A DNA stretch of 64,000 nucleotides from the NCBI GenBank assembly GCA_964057225.1, contig OZ059899.1:13578001-13642000 (forward strand). Direction: 5' to 3'. The position numbers and the translations under genes were made by a program. The stretch is from Auanema rhodensis (lineage: Eukaryota; Animalia; Nematoda). The notes beneath the pieces were generated by a model. It ran no database searches and was not told where the DNA came from. It saw nothing but the letters and a program-made list of their open reading frames with translations. Below, in pieces: positions 11,347 to 24,500 of this stretch; positions within the stretch are counted from its first letter, which is position 1, and the number at the start of each line of letters is the position of its first letter.

Positions 11347-12703
11347 ATGAATTTATTCTATATTTCTTCTATATTTGTATTATCTATATTTACTGAAATT
11401 AATGGATTAACTTGTTATAATGTGAGTTGTTTAGTATCATCTAAACTTTGCAACTTCAACATGAATCATTGTGTTTATTATGTTTTTAGGGAATGAAAAT
11501 GCTTTCCATGCAAGATGTTGGTCAGTCAACTGAGGTAAGAGAATAACCTTAGCATTCTACTCTACAAGAAACTTTTATCTGATTATCTAAAACATTTGAG
11601 GAATGTAGTGCCAGTGGAGCTTATTGTTACAACATGACAGCATCAGCTATGGTTCTAGTTAATGTAGTTAAAGCTGGATGTTCTACATGGCGTTGCATGG
11701 TAAATCATTTCTTGTTTATTTCAACGTTAAAAACACAAAACTAACTCTCAAAAATGCTCAATTGTTATAGCTTGCTCGTGATCGTTGCATCTCCACTTAC
11801 TTCCAAATGGTTCCTGTTAGTCTATGTTGCTGCAGTACTGATCGTTGCAATATAGGAGGAAATCCAACAGGATCTATAGACAATGGCAACAATGAGTATG
11901 TTTAAACATCTGAAAATCTTCTATCCATTTCATATAATTTTGATTAAAATTTCAGTCCAAACGCTAATTTTCAAAATAAGTATGTTTCATCTAAAAATAT
12001 AAATAGAAATTTAAAAATATTTCAAATAATTTAGTTATCCACAGAACGATGGCTCAAGTGATAAGTAAATCTAATTTTATAATCATCAGATTAGAATTTA
12101 AAATTTAATTGTTTGCATGATTTTTCAAGATATTTCTATTTAATAGTTTTGTTTTTCTTTCGTTAACACCACAAACTATTATTGCTTTGATTGAGAAAAA
12201 AAATATAATCTATTTGTTTCAGTGAAGCACAAAAATCCAATTGGGGCACCTCATGGGCTGCTCCGAACTCTGCTGGGTATGTTTCTATCTAGCTTAGCTT
12301 AGCTCAGGTTACTGATACATGTACATATATGATTATAGAGGTGCTGCTAGTATCATTTCTACTCCACCTCCAAATAAGAAATGGACTAAGCAAGAAATAG
12401 AAGACAGGTTCAAGAGCTTTGATGTTGATCAAAGAGCTGGTTCAGGATCAAAAGGAGCTCCAGTTGGTAAGTATTCAGTTCGTTTTCAAAGAATTCTTCT
12501 TGTTGGCTATATCCTAGTAGTTGATTACATTGTACTTAAACTTTCTGTTTTTTTCAGATATTGAAGAGAGCTTCGTGAAGCAAGATGCATCATCTAAAGC
12601 AGCCTCGTCTTCCTCATCTGTAGGAGGAGCATCCACAGGAAGCAGAGCTCAACGTGTTCAAACTCAAAACAATGGCCAAAAAGACGAAATTACAATTCCA
12701 TAA
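11347..12703 (+). CDS. Secreted 10-cysteine three-finger (Ly6/uPAR or activin-receptor-ectodomain-like) protein with a long polar C-terminal tail
   Basis: Nine phase-consistent exons: 11347-11421, 11490-11534, 11601-11699, 11771-11895, 11956-11979, 12035-12064, 12223-12276, 12339-12466, 12558-12703. Signal peptide MNLFYISSIFVLSIFTEING is followed by LTCY...ECSASGAYCYN...KAGCSTWRCM...RC...LCCCSTDRCN. TTTACAG acceptor at 11323-11329; AATAAA at 12765-12770. Confidence 0.88.
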
Positions 12704-13654
12704 CCATTTTTACTTTTCACATTTTTTTTTCAATTTTTATCCAAAAAAATAACTCAATTCAAGCAATAAAAATAACAAACCGAACCTGTTATTTACTATT
12801 AAAAACATACAAATAACAATTTTTATTGTATTTAGATTCTTTTTTTTTTCAAAAATGCCTGTTAATTTAAAGAATTCGAGCTGTCCCAGTTCAGAATTAA
12901 AGTTTTATATGTAAAAGGAAAAGTATATAGATAGTATAGTATGATGTATACGTACATAGGTATATCATATTATATGATATAGTATTCATCATCATCATCA
13001 ACACTATATATTATCCTTTGAGCTTCAACAGCTTTTTTCCAACATTTATTAATAACAATATTTTCTATAATACGAGAAGAGAGAGAGAGAGAGAGAATGA
13101 GAGTGAGAGAGAAGGAGCGAGAGAGGGAGAGAGAGGGGGAAGGTGAAATATTTAATATATTTCATCAATATACGTATATATATATATATAAGTTAATATA
13201 ATATATAGTATATACTACTTATATTGTCATTTCTTAATATTTATACCTTCATATATACAGATGCATATGTATTGATGTGTACAACAAGTATATAGATACA
13301 TACATATAGTATAAAATTATTTTTCTTGATTAATACATTATTATCTTCTTTCTCTCTCTTTCTCTTTCCCTCTCTCTCTCTCTCTCTTTCCCTTTCTCTC
13401 TCTCTTTCTCTCTGTTTTATTCAAAAAATACTGCTTCTCTGTGTATGATTCGATGTAGATATGTAGATCTCTCTCTCTCTCTCTATCTCACTCTTTTTGC
13501 TATTTTTAATTCTCGAATGCAATTTGGACATGTATTGAAAATTTCATTTCATCGTCCGAAGAGTTAGAGGAATAACAATAAGTGAGAAGGAGACATAGAA
13601 GTAGCAACGGACGCCGAAGCTAGTCTTGTTCTTGTTCGTTTTTCTTCTACAACC

Positions 13655-13688
<34 letters not shown>

Positions 13689-13997
13689 GGGAGAGTCTTT
13701 TTTGATAAAAAATATGATTTAATTAGATATTTTCATGTGATGATAATGATGATGAAAACATATTTCATGCTGATGATCTATGACTGATATCTCAATCTTC
13801 AATAGTCTCTGGGCACCCCTCCTCTACATGTCTTTCTCTCTCTCTCTCTAGCTATCTGTCTAACCGATTGAAACAAGTTATCGTTCACTTACTCTCGCTA
13901 TTTCTTCTTTTTCTTTTTGGAATTTTTTAAACTTGCTATTGCAAGAGAGAATGTGAGAAGCATAGAGATATAGAGGAAGAGGTACGTCAAATGAGAT

Positions 13998-14047
<50 letters not shown>

Positions 14048-15128
14048 TACGTGTGAGAGATAGCCAAAATGGAACTTGTTTTCCGGTTTCTTTATTTTCT
14101 CATAGTCGGTAAATACCCCGAAACAACGCATGTCAAATAATCACTTTGAAACATTTCCAATGTTCTTAAATTAATATTCAAATAATTTATTATTCTTTAA
14201 CCCCCCCCCTCTCTCTCTTCTACACTGTCCAGAAAAAGATGCTTATTAACATATTTATCGAAAGCATGTCCAAAACTGTGTTACAATATCATTTTTTAAT
14301 GAAAAATTCTTCGAAAATTCACAGAAAATATGAGATGGAAAATAGTTTTTATCAAGTTTGCTCCGTTTTTTAACTCTCAGCACAAGTTTCCTAGTGTTCG
14401 TCTTTCTTCATCTATTTTTATATATGTATATGTATGTATCTCTCTATTTCTTTGTAATAAAATTTTTCTTTTTCCATATTTGATTGTATGAATGTTTATG
14501 ATCCATCTTTTCTCTCTCTCTCTCTCTTCTCTCTCGTTCTCTCTCTCATTCTCTTCCTCTCACTGTGCTCATCCACTCACTATATTATGATTATTAATAT
14601 ATATATTATATTGATATCATTTCTATTTATATATTTCTTATCATCATTTCTCCAACAAATATTAAAGGATTCTGCCGGTACTTATCCCTTCCTACTCTCT
14701 CTCTCTCCCTCTCTCTCTCCCCTTTTTGCCATTCCTTCTCTTTTGATTTCTGTTTCACTCATTTTTCTCGAACAATGTTCCCATTTTGTTTTTTTTTATC
14801 ATTTTTATGAGAACAAATCTTTGCAATTCCTTTTGATCCTTGTGTTAAAAATCTTTTTTCACCTATTTTGTTTTGCAAATAGATAAATCTTTACGATTGA
14901 ATGATTCTATCGTTAACATGCAACGTCATTTCAAAATTTTCAGTTTTTTTGTTTCCTTTTGTCCTCATGAAGTCATTTCGCTCATGGCAATGCCTGTGTG
15001 AGGCATTGTCATAAGCCATTAGAGTAACTATTTTGTGCTCTCCAAGTTCGTTATAATTAAGTTTTTTCAAAGTTGTCATGAGCATCCACAATGATATCTT
15101 AATCGACAACATGCTCTCTACTTTCCCA

Positions 15129-15132
<4 letters not shown>

Positions 15133-15206
<74 letters not shown>
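15133..15206. repeat. (CT)n microsatellite
   Basis: Directly visible, uninterrupted. Confidence 0.95.
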
Positions 15207-15213
<7 letters not shown>

Positions 15214-15490
15214 TCTTTCTTTCTTTTTATTTTTCTCGATGTGTTTCCCTCTATATCATTTTACTTGCCCTTCCTTAAATTTTCAGATATTATAAACAAT
15301 AGAAGGGTAGATACATATTATTCAATCAAAATGTTTCATATAAAATTTTTTGAATAAAAAATATTATTTTTTCCTTTTTTTTTTAAATTTTTTCAGATTT
15401 CATCCTCATTTTATTGATTTTTATAACTTCTTTTTTGAAAATAAAAGGAAAAGAGACAGAAAGAGAAAAGGGAAATGAATATGAGAGGAG

Positions 15491-15560
15491 ATGCTTGACC
15501 CTCTTGTTGTTACCATGGTGATCATTCAGGTCTTTGAGCGGTACAGGCCTCGGTCAGCAG
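15491..15560 (+). CDS. Candidate distal first exon of scpl-1
   Basis: TTTTTTCAG acceptor ending at 15396, then MLDPLVVTMVIIQVFERYRPRSA and CAG|GTATTG donor. Phase 1 is compatible with exon 37386. GC-richer island; no homology recognised. Confidence 0.45.
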
Positions 15561-18500
15561 GTATTGCAACTTGTTGCCAATACTTCTAATTTGAAAAAAA
15601 AAATTTCCTACAAATTTCTATTTTTTTGGCTGAAAGCATTGATTGCCATCTATTTATAACAACACGATTTGTTAGATTTTCTGTGTTATTTCCATATTTT
15701 CAAAATTGATTTGTTGTGTATTCTTTGGTTTTAAATATTTACTCGATTAACTTTAATATTTATTTTTTTTGTATAAAAAGAATTGAATAGAAACTACAAG
15801 CATGAATGATGTAACCAGTCGTGTTATAAGAATATAAGTATCGAAGCAATACGAATACATGTTTCTTCTTCTTCTTCTTCGTCGTCGTTGTCGTCTTCAT
15901 AATGTGAAATCATATTGTTTAGATATATGGTAGAAACTGTTGTATCTCAACAACAACCAACCTCATCATAAGCCTTTTCATCGTTATATATCTTTTCAAT
16001 CTCATAACATTTTTTTTTCATATTTATATTATAATAAATCAAATATATTTATATATCTAATGGTCTAAAATTAGTATTTGATCTTCTCTCTCTCTCTCAC
16101 GCTCTCTTTCTCTTCCTCTTCCTCTCTCTTATTGTAAAATTTAAAATTTTTTTGATTGTAACAGGTACATAAGTGTGTGTATTGTATACATTTCGTACTT
16201 TACGCTATTACCTTTCAAGAGTTGTTTTCATGCCTAGTTAGGCTAGTGACTTCAACTTTAATCTATTTTTTCTTCTTGTTTGTCAGACTTCTGGTCTCAT
16301 TTCTTGTTCATCTTTTTGTGTGTATGTGTGTATCTATGGGTGTCTTCAGTTCAACTTCCCATGAGAGTCATAGTATTCATGTGTACGATTTGATTGCTAT
16401 TTAGCTGCATCGTTTTAAATGAATGATAATTCTTTCTTTTTTTTTGTTTCTTGCCCCTCCTCCTCCTTTCCTCCTTTCCTCCTTTCTATCCTATTTCGTT
16501 CATGTTCTTCATCATCATGCTCATCTGCCACAAAGCTGCTAAAGAGCACAATCTTTCTCATTATTGACAAGCTATTTCATTGATGTATGTGTTTGATAAG
16601 AATATTCAGATCTTGAGAGACCATCTTCATATTCTCGTCGTTTTCAGCCAACTATGTACCCTCTCTCTCTGTCTTTTCATTGTCTCGTGTCTACCTCTCG
16701 TTATGTATCAATCTTTTTCCTTTTCATCTCCATCTACCTCATATTCTCATTTTACTTTGTTATTTATCTGATTAATTTTTTGCTGTTATGCACTCCTCTT
16801 TTTGTTTTTTTTTATTTCAAAAAATCTGATTTTTCTTCTTCATTTTCAACAGATAGAAGATATGCTATGTTGTGATGGAAAGCGTGATTGTATCACTTTT
16901 TTGGCCATTTGTGTAGTTACTCTTCTTCTCAACTTTAACAAAACATTTCAGCTTTTATCTTGAAAAAAGAAGAATAAAAACGAATTTCTTATGAAATAAT
17001 ATGTTTGATAATCAATTCAATTGAGATATCTTTTAGCTTTTTCATATCTTGTTTTATGGAATAATGTCTTTATTCAACTGACACCTGTTGTGATAATATC
17101 TCTGCTGAGATCAGAAAAGAAGTATCTTCTTCTTATCTGTCTCTCTCTTTTTCCCTCCCTCCCTCCCTTCCTCTGTTCCTCTCTCTTCCTCATTCTATCA
17201 TTCTCTCTATCTCTACATACATACATACATATGTATGTATACTTTCGTCTTTTAAGAAATTATACGTTTTATACCTTCCTTTTCATATGTTTCAATCTTA
17301 TATTTATTCTTTTCTACTTTGATTCCACTTCTATACTTATATTCTCTTTCTCTTTCTCCTCCTAACTGCATATTTTTCTCTGAAAAATCACAAAAAACAT
17401 TGTTTTGACATCCTATTTCTTCTAACTTGTCAACTATATACTATACATATCTGCATATATGTAGATATGTAAGTAATACTATTCTTAGATTACTATATTT
17501 ATTTTTCATTTTTTTTATAATTATTCATTTCATTTTTGAACTTCCGTCCCTAAAATCTCTTTCACTTCTTCTAGCTCTTCAACATTGTGACGACTAGGAT
17601 ACAACGGAAGAAAAGAATAAAAGCTTGAAAAAAAGATTTTTTTTCTTTGCCAAACATAATTTTTCTTTTTCTTATCTCTTTATCTTCTTTATACTATTAT
17701 TATCAAGAATAATTCGTTGTCTTCTGCCTCTTCTTCTACTTTATAGATTTATTTAAATAAATTTGAAATACAAAAAGAGTGCTCGCCCCATATAGCACAA
17801 TAGACTTTTACTTTAAATTTAGATTTAATTCAAAACTTTCAGATTATAAATTTATAATACCATGGGTATTATTGAATCTTTTTAGTCTCAGTCATCATAT
17901 TCCAACCTTCTGTCTGACATTGAGTTGAAAAAATCCTTTTTTTTTTCATTTTGCACAAAAAATTGCAAAGAGAGGCATTGAAAAGAAAGACTCAATAAAC
18001 GACTTTTTTCTCCATGTTTCATTTATTCGTTTGCTTTCTTCCTGTAAAAAATGTTTTTTTCTCTTCAAAACCTTTAGAAGATCAAACAATATTTAAAATT
18101 TTTCAAAATTTTACCAAACACCACTTTACACGTGAAGCCTAAATTCAAAGTTTTTCCCTTCCTATTCTTCCGCCTGTATAAACTTTATATCCTCATATTA
18201 TTGTATTATATATGCTATTTTCTAAATATATTTTAGAGAATATAACGAAATATAATGAAATACTCAAAATATATTATGATGCGGTCAAGTTATCATATAT
18301 TCTAAAGCATGAAAACATATAAAAATGATATATCCACATACTTGGTATATAGATTCATTACTTGCCCTATAAGAACTAATCTAACATAAGTGGCTCCACT
18401 CTGCTTTCTATCTCAATTAATCAAATATATATTATATGAAATCTTAAATATTTTATATTAAACAACATATTTTGTACATTTCAAATCGTTTTAATTGTCA

Positions 18501-21500
18501 TTACACAACACAAACTTTATAAATTCAACCATTAAATGAGGAAATTAGCATATGAGTTACGTGTGAGATTGCGTGATTTTCACGTGCATTATAATTATTT
18601 TACTTTTTTCAAACATGTTGAACGGTTGGTTGTCTTAACTTCTTATATATTCTTCTCACCCTTTTTAACTCGTTTTTCCAACCTCTCTTTCAATTTATCT
18701 ATGTCGTATTCCTTCACTCTTTGCCTCTTACTTTCCTCTTTTCAAAATCGGTCTCATTTAAGAATATAGAAGTAAGGATAAGAAGTATAGAAACAACTCC
18801 TTCTCTTTATCTCCAACAGCGACAGCTTCAATGCTCTCTCAGTTTGTCTGCTACTGCATTTAAGTTAGAACAGCTTGACGATCACTAACTAATACTTATG
18901 CACATGTATAGCTTAGAAGTAAATCTGATGTTCATAGCCAATTCAGTTTAATTATACTAAGTTGAATAACAAGCAACTTTTTTTGATATATAATTCAACA
19001 TTTTCATATTTATAATCTTATTATCATTTTTTATTCTATTCAGTCTCTTTTCTTTACTTTTTGCCATTTTTTGATTCCTCATTTTATAATCCATCCTTTC
19101 AATTTACTCTATCTTCTATATTCTCTATTTCGATATACTTCTTTTCTCTTCTTTTCTCTTCTTTATATTAATATTTTAAGTAATTTTAAATTCTTCATCA
19201 TCAAGTGTGTCCGAAAATAGAGATAAGGAAGACTAACTTTGCTTTTATGAATTATACTCTTTCGTTTTGCACCACCACAAATCCTTAAAGCTCTTCCGAT
19301 TCACTCTGCTCTATAGGCACACATGTCTAAGTATTTCTAACGTGTTTTTTTTTCGGTTTCAAAACTATTTATCACCGGAATTATGATGAAAAATCGATTG
19401 TTTGAAAAAGATCTGAGATTTTCGATGTTTTATCGTTATCTTCTAGCTAGTTCTTCTAGTTTCAAAGTCAGTTATTACAAAGATAATTCGAAATTTTCAT
19501 TTTATATTTCAATTATGTGAACACAAATTGTGCGTTATGGCTTTAAGCCAGAATGTCGTCAAAGCTTAACAATCTGCTACTTTTTGTTAAAAAGATCTGC
19601 CATAGAATTATTCTTTACTATAAAATCCTTTTGTTTTAGTTTGTTTTTTTACTTCGAAAAATGCTTTCACACTCAGCTGAGAAGTTTCTAGAAAAACGTC
19701 GCTGAAGGAAATCTCATTGCCGTTGTCGGCTTCCTTGTATCCCCTCGTTTGCCTGCTCATCCACCCTCGTTCATCTAAATTCAAATTATTCAGGCAAAGA
19801 TACTTATAACTTTTAATGACTTAGCTCATTTGAGGTTTTTAGCTGTTGCTCTTCTTCAGCTTACTACTCGTCCGACAAGTTTTAGCTCATTTCTAAACCT
19901 ATACAATTCTCAGATAAAATTATATTTTTATTATTTTTTCTAATCGTAACTTGATTATAATTCATTTTCAAATGATTTAATTAATCGACTAATCGAAGAA
20001 TTCGTTCTAAAATCGTGTTGTGAAATAGCAAAACCTCAATTTTCATCAAGCTTCTTTCAAATATGGCTTCAACGTCTATAATAATTTTCATTTTTTTATT
20101 TACATTGTTATCGCTGTGGCTATCTACGGAACTGAATTTCAGCGTACCCAAGGCACTTAGGTATCCTTCCGCCATTTTGCTCTTTGCCTGCTCACATACA
20201 AAGAAATGAAAGGACTCCAGAAGAGAATAGATGAATGCTACGAATGCGCATGCTCTTCCTCTCTCCCTCTTTCACTCTCTGCTCTATGAATTTCTCTCTT
20301 TCTTTGTCTCACTAATCTCTCATGCTTACTCTCGTCGAACGCACGGTGTCTCTATTTCGGCTTTTCCACGGCTTCACCTCAGCGCCTGTTCTTAGTGTCA
20401 AGCTTTCCGCTTCCTATACGACTTCTAATGTTTCTCATAAAACGTCATTAGCACTTGTTTGAACCTACTGCATACAATTGGCAAGAAAATATTTCTTTTG
20501 AATTTCGCTTTCAGTTTTGCATATGCTTTATGTACTTTTTACTTTATTCATCTTGCCTTTCGTACACGTATTCACTGTTTTTTCCATAGTTTTCAAAGTC
20601 GACAATGCTTCCCAATCATAACACATGATATAATCAGAACACGCTGTGAGGTTTGCGAGAGAGCTCTTTGGATTCTAAAGTTTCATCTCTTCTTATCTTC
20701 TTTTTCTTTTTCTTATTTTTAGTTCTTGTCGTCTTTTCTGACTAGGCACTAAGAATTTCTTTCGTTCAGTTCTATGATAATGAAATCTGTTTGCTGTATT
20801 TCTTAAATAGCATATGATTTTAAACTTAATATTGTGAACACTAAGACATGCCTCATTAAGCTTAATTTTAAAGTTTGAATTATTCTAAATTTTTTAATAT
20901 TTTTTCTTTTCTCTTTCGGCAATAATCTTATCAATTTAATGAAATCTAATACTAATTTATACTATTCTAAATTATGTGGTTCATAAAGCATTAATTTGAA
21001 TTTTAGTCTCGCCACGAAAGAACGCTCACGTTTAATAATTATTCCAATTAGCTGCATTAAAATATAACGCCGTCTTTTATTATTTAAAAAAACTCGTGAC
21101 CTGAGGCAGTTGCACATCCCATTTTATTTTTTTTACTCAAATTAATAAATTATTTGTTTTTGAGATATATAGTTCCCTCTTTTCTCTCTGATTGCTAGAT
21201 CTTTTTTCGTTTTCTTTTGTTCTGAAGTACTACCTGTATGTCATATTGCTATTCACAATAGAATGAATATTTTTGTGATTGTCTGTAATACAGTTGCCTT
21301 TTATGATTCTGTCCACATCTTGGTCACGAGATATAAATTTTAATTTTTGAAATATTACTTTCAGTAGTGTCATGATTTCCAAACCAATTTCATGCTGGTG
21401 TACTTCGTTGAAAATGGATGCGCTTTATGTTCATATTTTTTTGTTTTTAAATTTTTTTTTCAATTGAAAGGAAAAGCAACTGAGTACACATCAGATGAAT

Positions 21501-24500
21501 GGATATTCCGTTCTAATATGACAGACCGCGGCCACATTTTCTGGCATTCTCGAACCGGTTTTTTAAAAATGTTTTCTTCAGAACAAGTATTAAAAACTTT
21601 TACAAAATTAAACGTTGTAAATGACTAACTTAGTAATTTATTGCAATTCTTGGCATCAAATGCTTTTATCGTTTCTATTTTTAGTTGATTTATTAAATAT
21701 TACTTCATGTTAGCTGCCTGAGAATGAATATAGAGAATAAATATCGGCAGAATACTTAATAAGTCAAGCTGAGAGCACGACACGCTTACATCCTGCTTCT
21801 TTCCAATAAAGGTTTGGTGACCTGAGGTTGTTAATAATAGAGTTGTAGCATATTCATATCCGACATTCTCGCATACATTCAGCTGCTTTAGATCTACCGT
21901 TTTTCCTCTCTTGTTGCATATGAGTGTGTTATGTACTGGTCTTTCCATTTTAGCATATTATTATTATTTGAAACACGGCTAACGTGCTTCAAATCGTTCA
22001 ATTGTGATCTCGATAAAAGATTTATTTGAATTATTTCATTTCCAATCGCACTGTTTCGCACTATAAGAATTTCGCCTATTCTTTTATTTTTCCTGTTGTT
22101 GCCACCTCTAACACACCAAGGCTGATCTTCTTATGGCTTTGCGCGACTGTCTGCATCCAATCTTCTCTTTTCTTTTCCGCTCACTCTCCTTGTTCTCTTC
22201 AATTTTCAACCGTGTTGTTGATCAAGGTCTTGCCACGTTCTTTCTTCCTCACTAGTCTATTTTAATGTACATCTTACCAAGTTGTTGCCTACTTTCTTAT
22301 ATTAGTTGAATAGCAAAAACTGTTATTCTGGATGGTCTACCGCTTCCCTTTTCTTCCTATCGAACATTTGGAAAAATTGAAAGTCTTGACTAGTTTCTTT
22401 ATTATGTTTTACGTGAGACATTTTTTCTTTTTTTAACCTGATTATATTGTGGTAGCCTCGTTTTTTCTCTACGTGCCTATGCTTTTAAAATTATTTCTGT
22501 CAACCCAAGTTTTGTATCTTAAAAATTTCAATTTTAATTTTGCACTACTTGTTTCTCATTTCATTGATATATCATGTTGTAAATACATTTTAAACATTTT
22601 TTTTACAGGGTTCGATGATTCCTTGTCTGCACAATTACATTTATCGGTACGCTTTTTTTCGTTTTTTTTCTTGCTTGTTTCATAATTGATTGAGATTCTT
22701 TATTTAACTGTACAATCTTGTTCATCTCACGTCTTCTATACTTTCAATTCTAATTTATCTTCTTGATTTTATCAAAGTTGCTTTCTTTTGAGACCAGCGC
22801 AAGAGTTTGGTCTCTATTCCATTATACTCAGTTTTACCTTTCATCTTTTCTACACTGATGAACTGAACTAGATCAACTTTTCACATGATATTTATCTTCT
22901 TTCCTACTTCAAACTTTAACCCTCGCAGCTCCTTTTGGTTGTTCACAACTATCTTCAGTGTTTCTTCCGTTTTTTTCAGACAACAAACAGACTGTCATAC
23001 AAGAACGGCAAACCCGTGATAGTTGCCCAGAGTATACTGAAGAGTTGTGAAGTGAGTGAGATTGCGAGTAACAGAGAGTAAAAAGAAGGAAAGACGTGGC
23101 AGAACGAATTCAATATTTGCCTCAGAGTATGCCTTTCTGCGCAATCTATGTTTACACGACAAATAGTCTGCTTTTCGTTTTTTCGTTATTTCAAATTTCA
23201 GTACGTTAGAACATCAATATGCTTTTCCTATTTCAAAATTTGTAGTTTAAATCTTTTTTTATATGAATTGTTTTTCTCTTCATTGCTATACAATGTAACT
23301 AATTCTTCAATAAGTATGTGATAGCGCTGTCAAATCCTATTTCATGATTATGAACATGGTTTTTTGAACTTCTTTATCTACAGTTCAAAACATAATTTCA
23401 TCCCGATTCATATGTTTGCTGATCCTTTTTAGTTTATTCTCTGTTTGTTGAATGAATTCTTTATTCAACTGGTAGTATATTATGAATTCCTATTTCTTGT
23501 GGTGTCATATTACGTTGAAGCATGATAGATTTGGATCTCTTCATCTGAAAACTTCCATATTTCAGATTTTCATTTTCTTGTGCTTTACTATATGCTTTTT
23601 TGAATTTTCTGCTTACTCACTAACTGAACGTGTTCTGACATCTATATCTTTCTGAATTCCTGTTCTACCTTTTGTAATGCTTCGCTGTGCCTGTTGATTC
23701 CGACTGATATCGGTTTTGTTCTATGCTAACTTTCATCTAATTATACTTGTCGTTTATGTTTAACTAGGTCTACTCGCACACCCTACTTTCACTTTTCATT
23801 CTTTTGAAATTTAAAATTTTGTTGGATTGCTACTAAGACGATGCTCTCTTGTTTTATAACTATCATCTCATTAGGCTGTCACCACCTTCATGCTATGCAC
23901 TTGAAGCTTGCGAAAAAAGACTAAGTTTAACGTTTCTAGTAAAGCAATGTGAAGATATTTCCAATGCAATAGCTTTTATCTCTTAATGTGTCATAATTTT
24001 AAAATTTCGTGGCTTGTACCGCTTATTAGATTACCTGAGCAGAATCCTATCATAGTGTAATGCTAGTGTATGTGATAATGCTATCATCACTAGTAGAAAT
24101 AGGAAGGTCTGGAAATTGAGAAAGTCTCGTAATTCTACTTTTGATATCAATTACTTTATATGTGATGATTTGTATAACTTGTTGATAATCTATCAAGTTA
24201 TATTTCCTTATTTCCATGAACTTTCTCTCTATTAATTTCTGTAACGAAATAGCTCATTCGTTCTAAGAACCATGATTAATATGAATGTAATCCAATCAAA
24301 GCAATCTTCATTATTTTTGCTGTATGTCATTTTGTTCGTGTTGTGCCATCATCTCCATCATTTCTTTCATCCTCTTTTCGTCGTTTCTCATTGTCGTCTT
24401 TGATCAACCCATATGATCATTTGTTGGCCCAAAACAGGGCTACTATCTGTTTTATGCTATGTCTTCGCCTTTAACGGTTCTGTCTTCTATCACTTGAGCC

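Noticed and set aside
17837-17872. Further possible scpl-1 first exons (ATG G|GTATTA at 17862; also ATG near 28553)
   Set aside because: Phase-compatible but too short or with weak donors; cannot be distinguished from chance.
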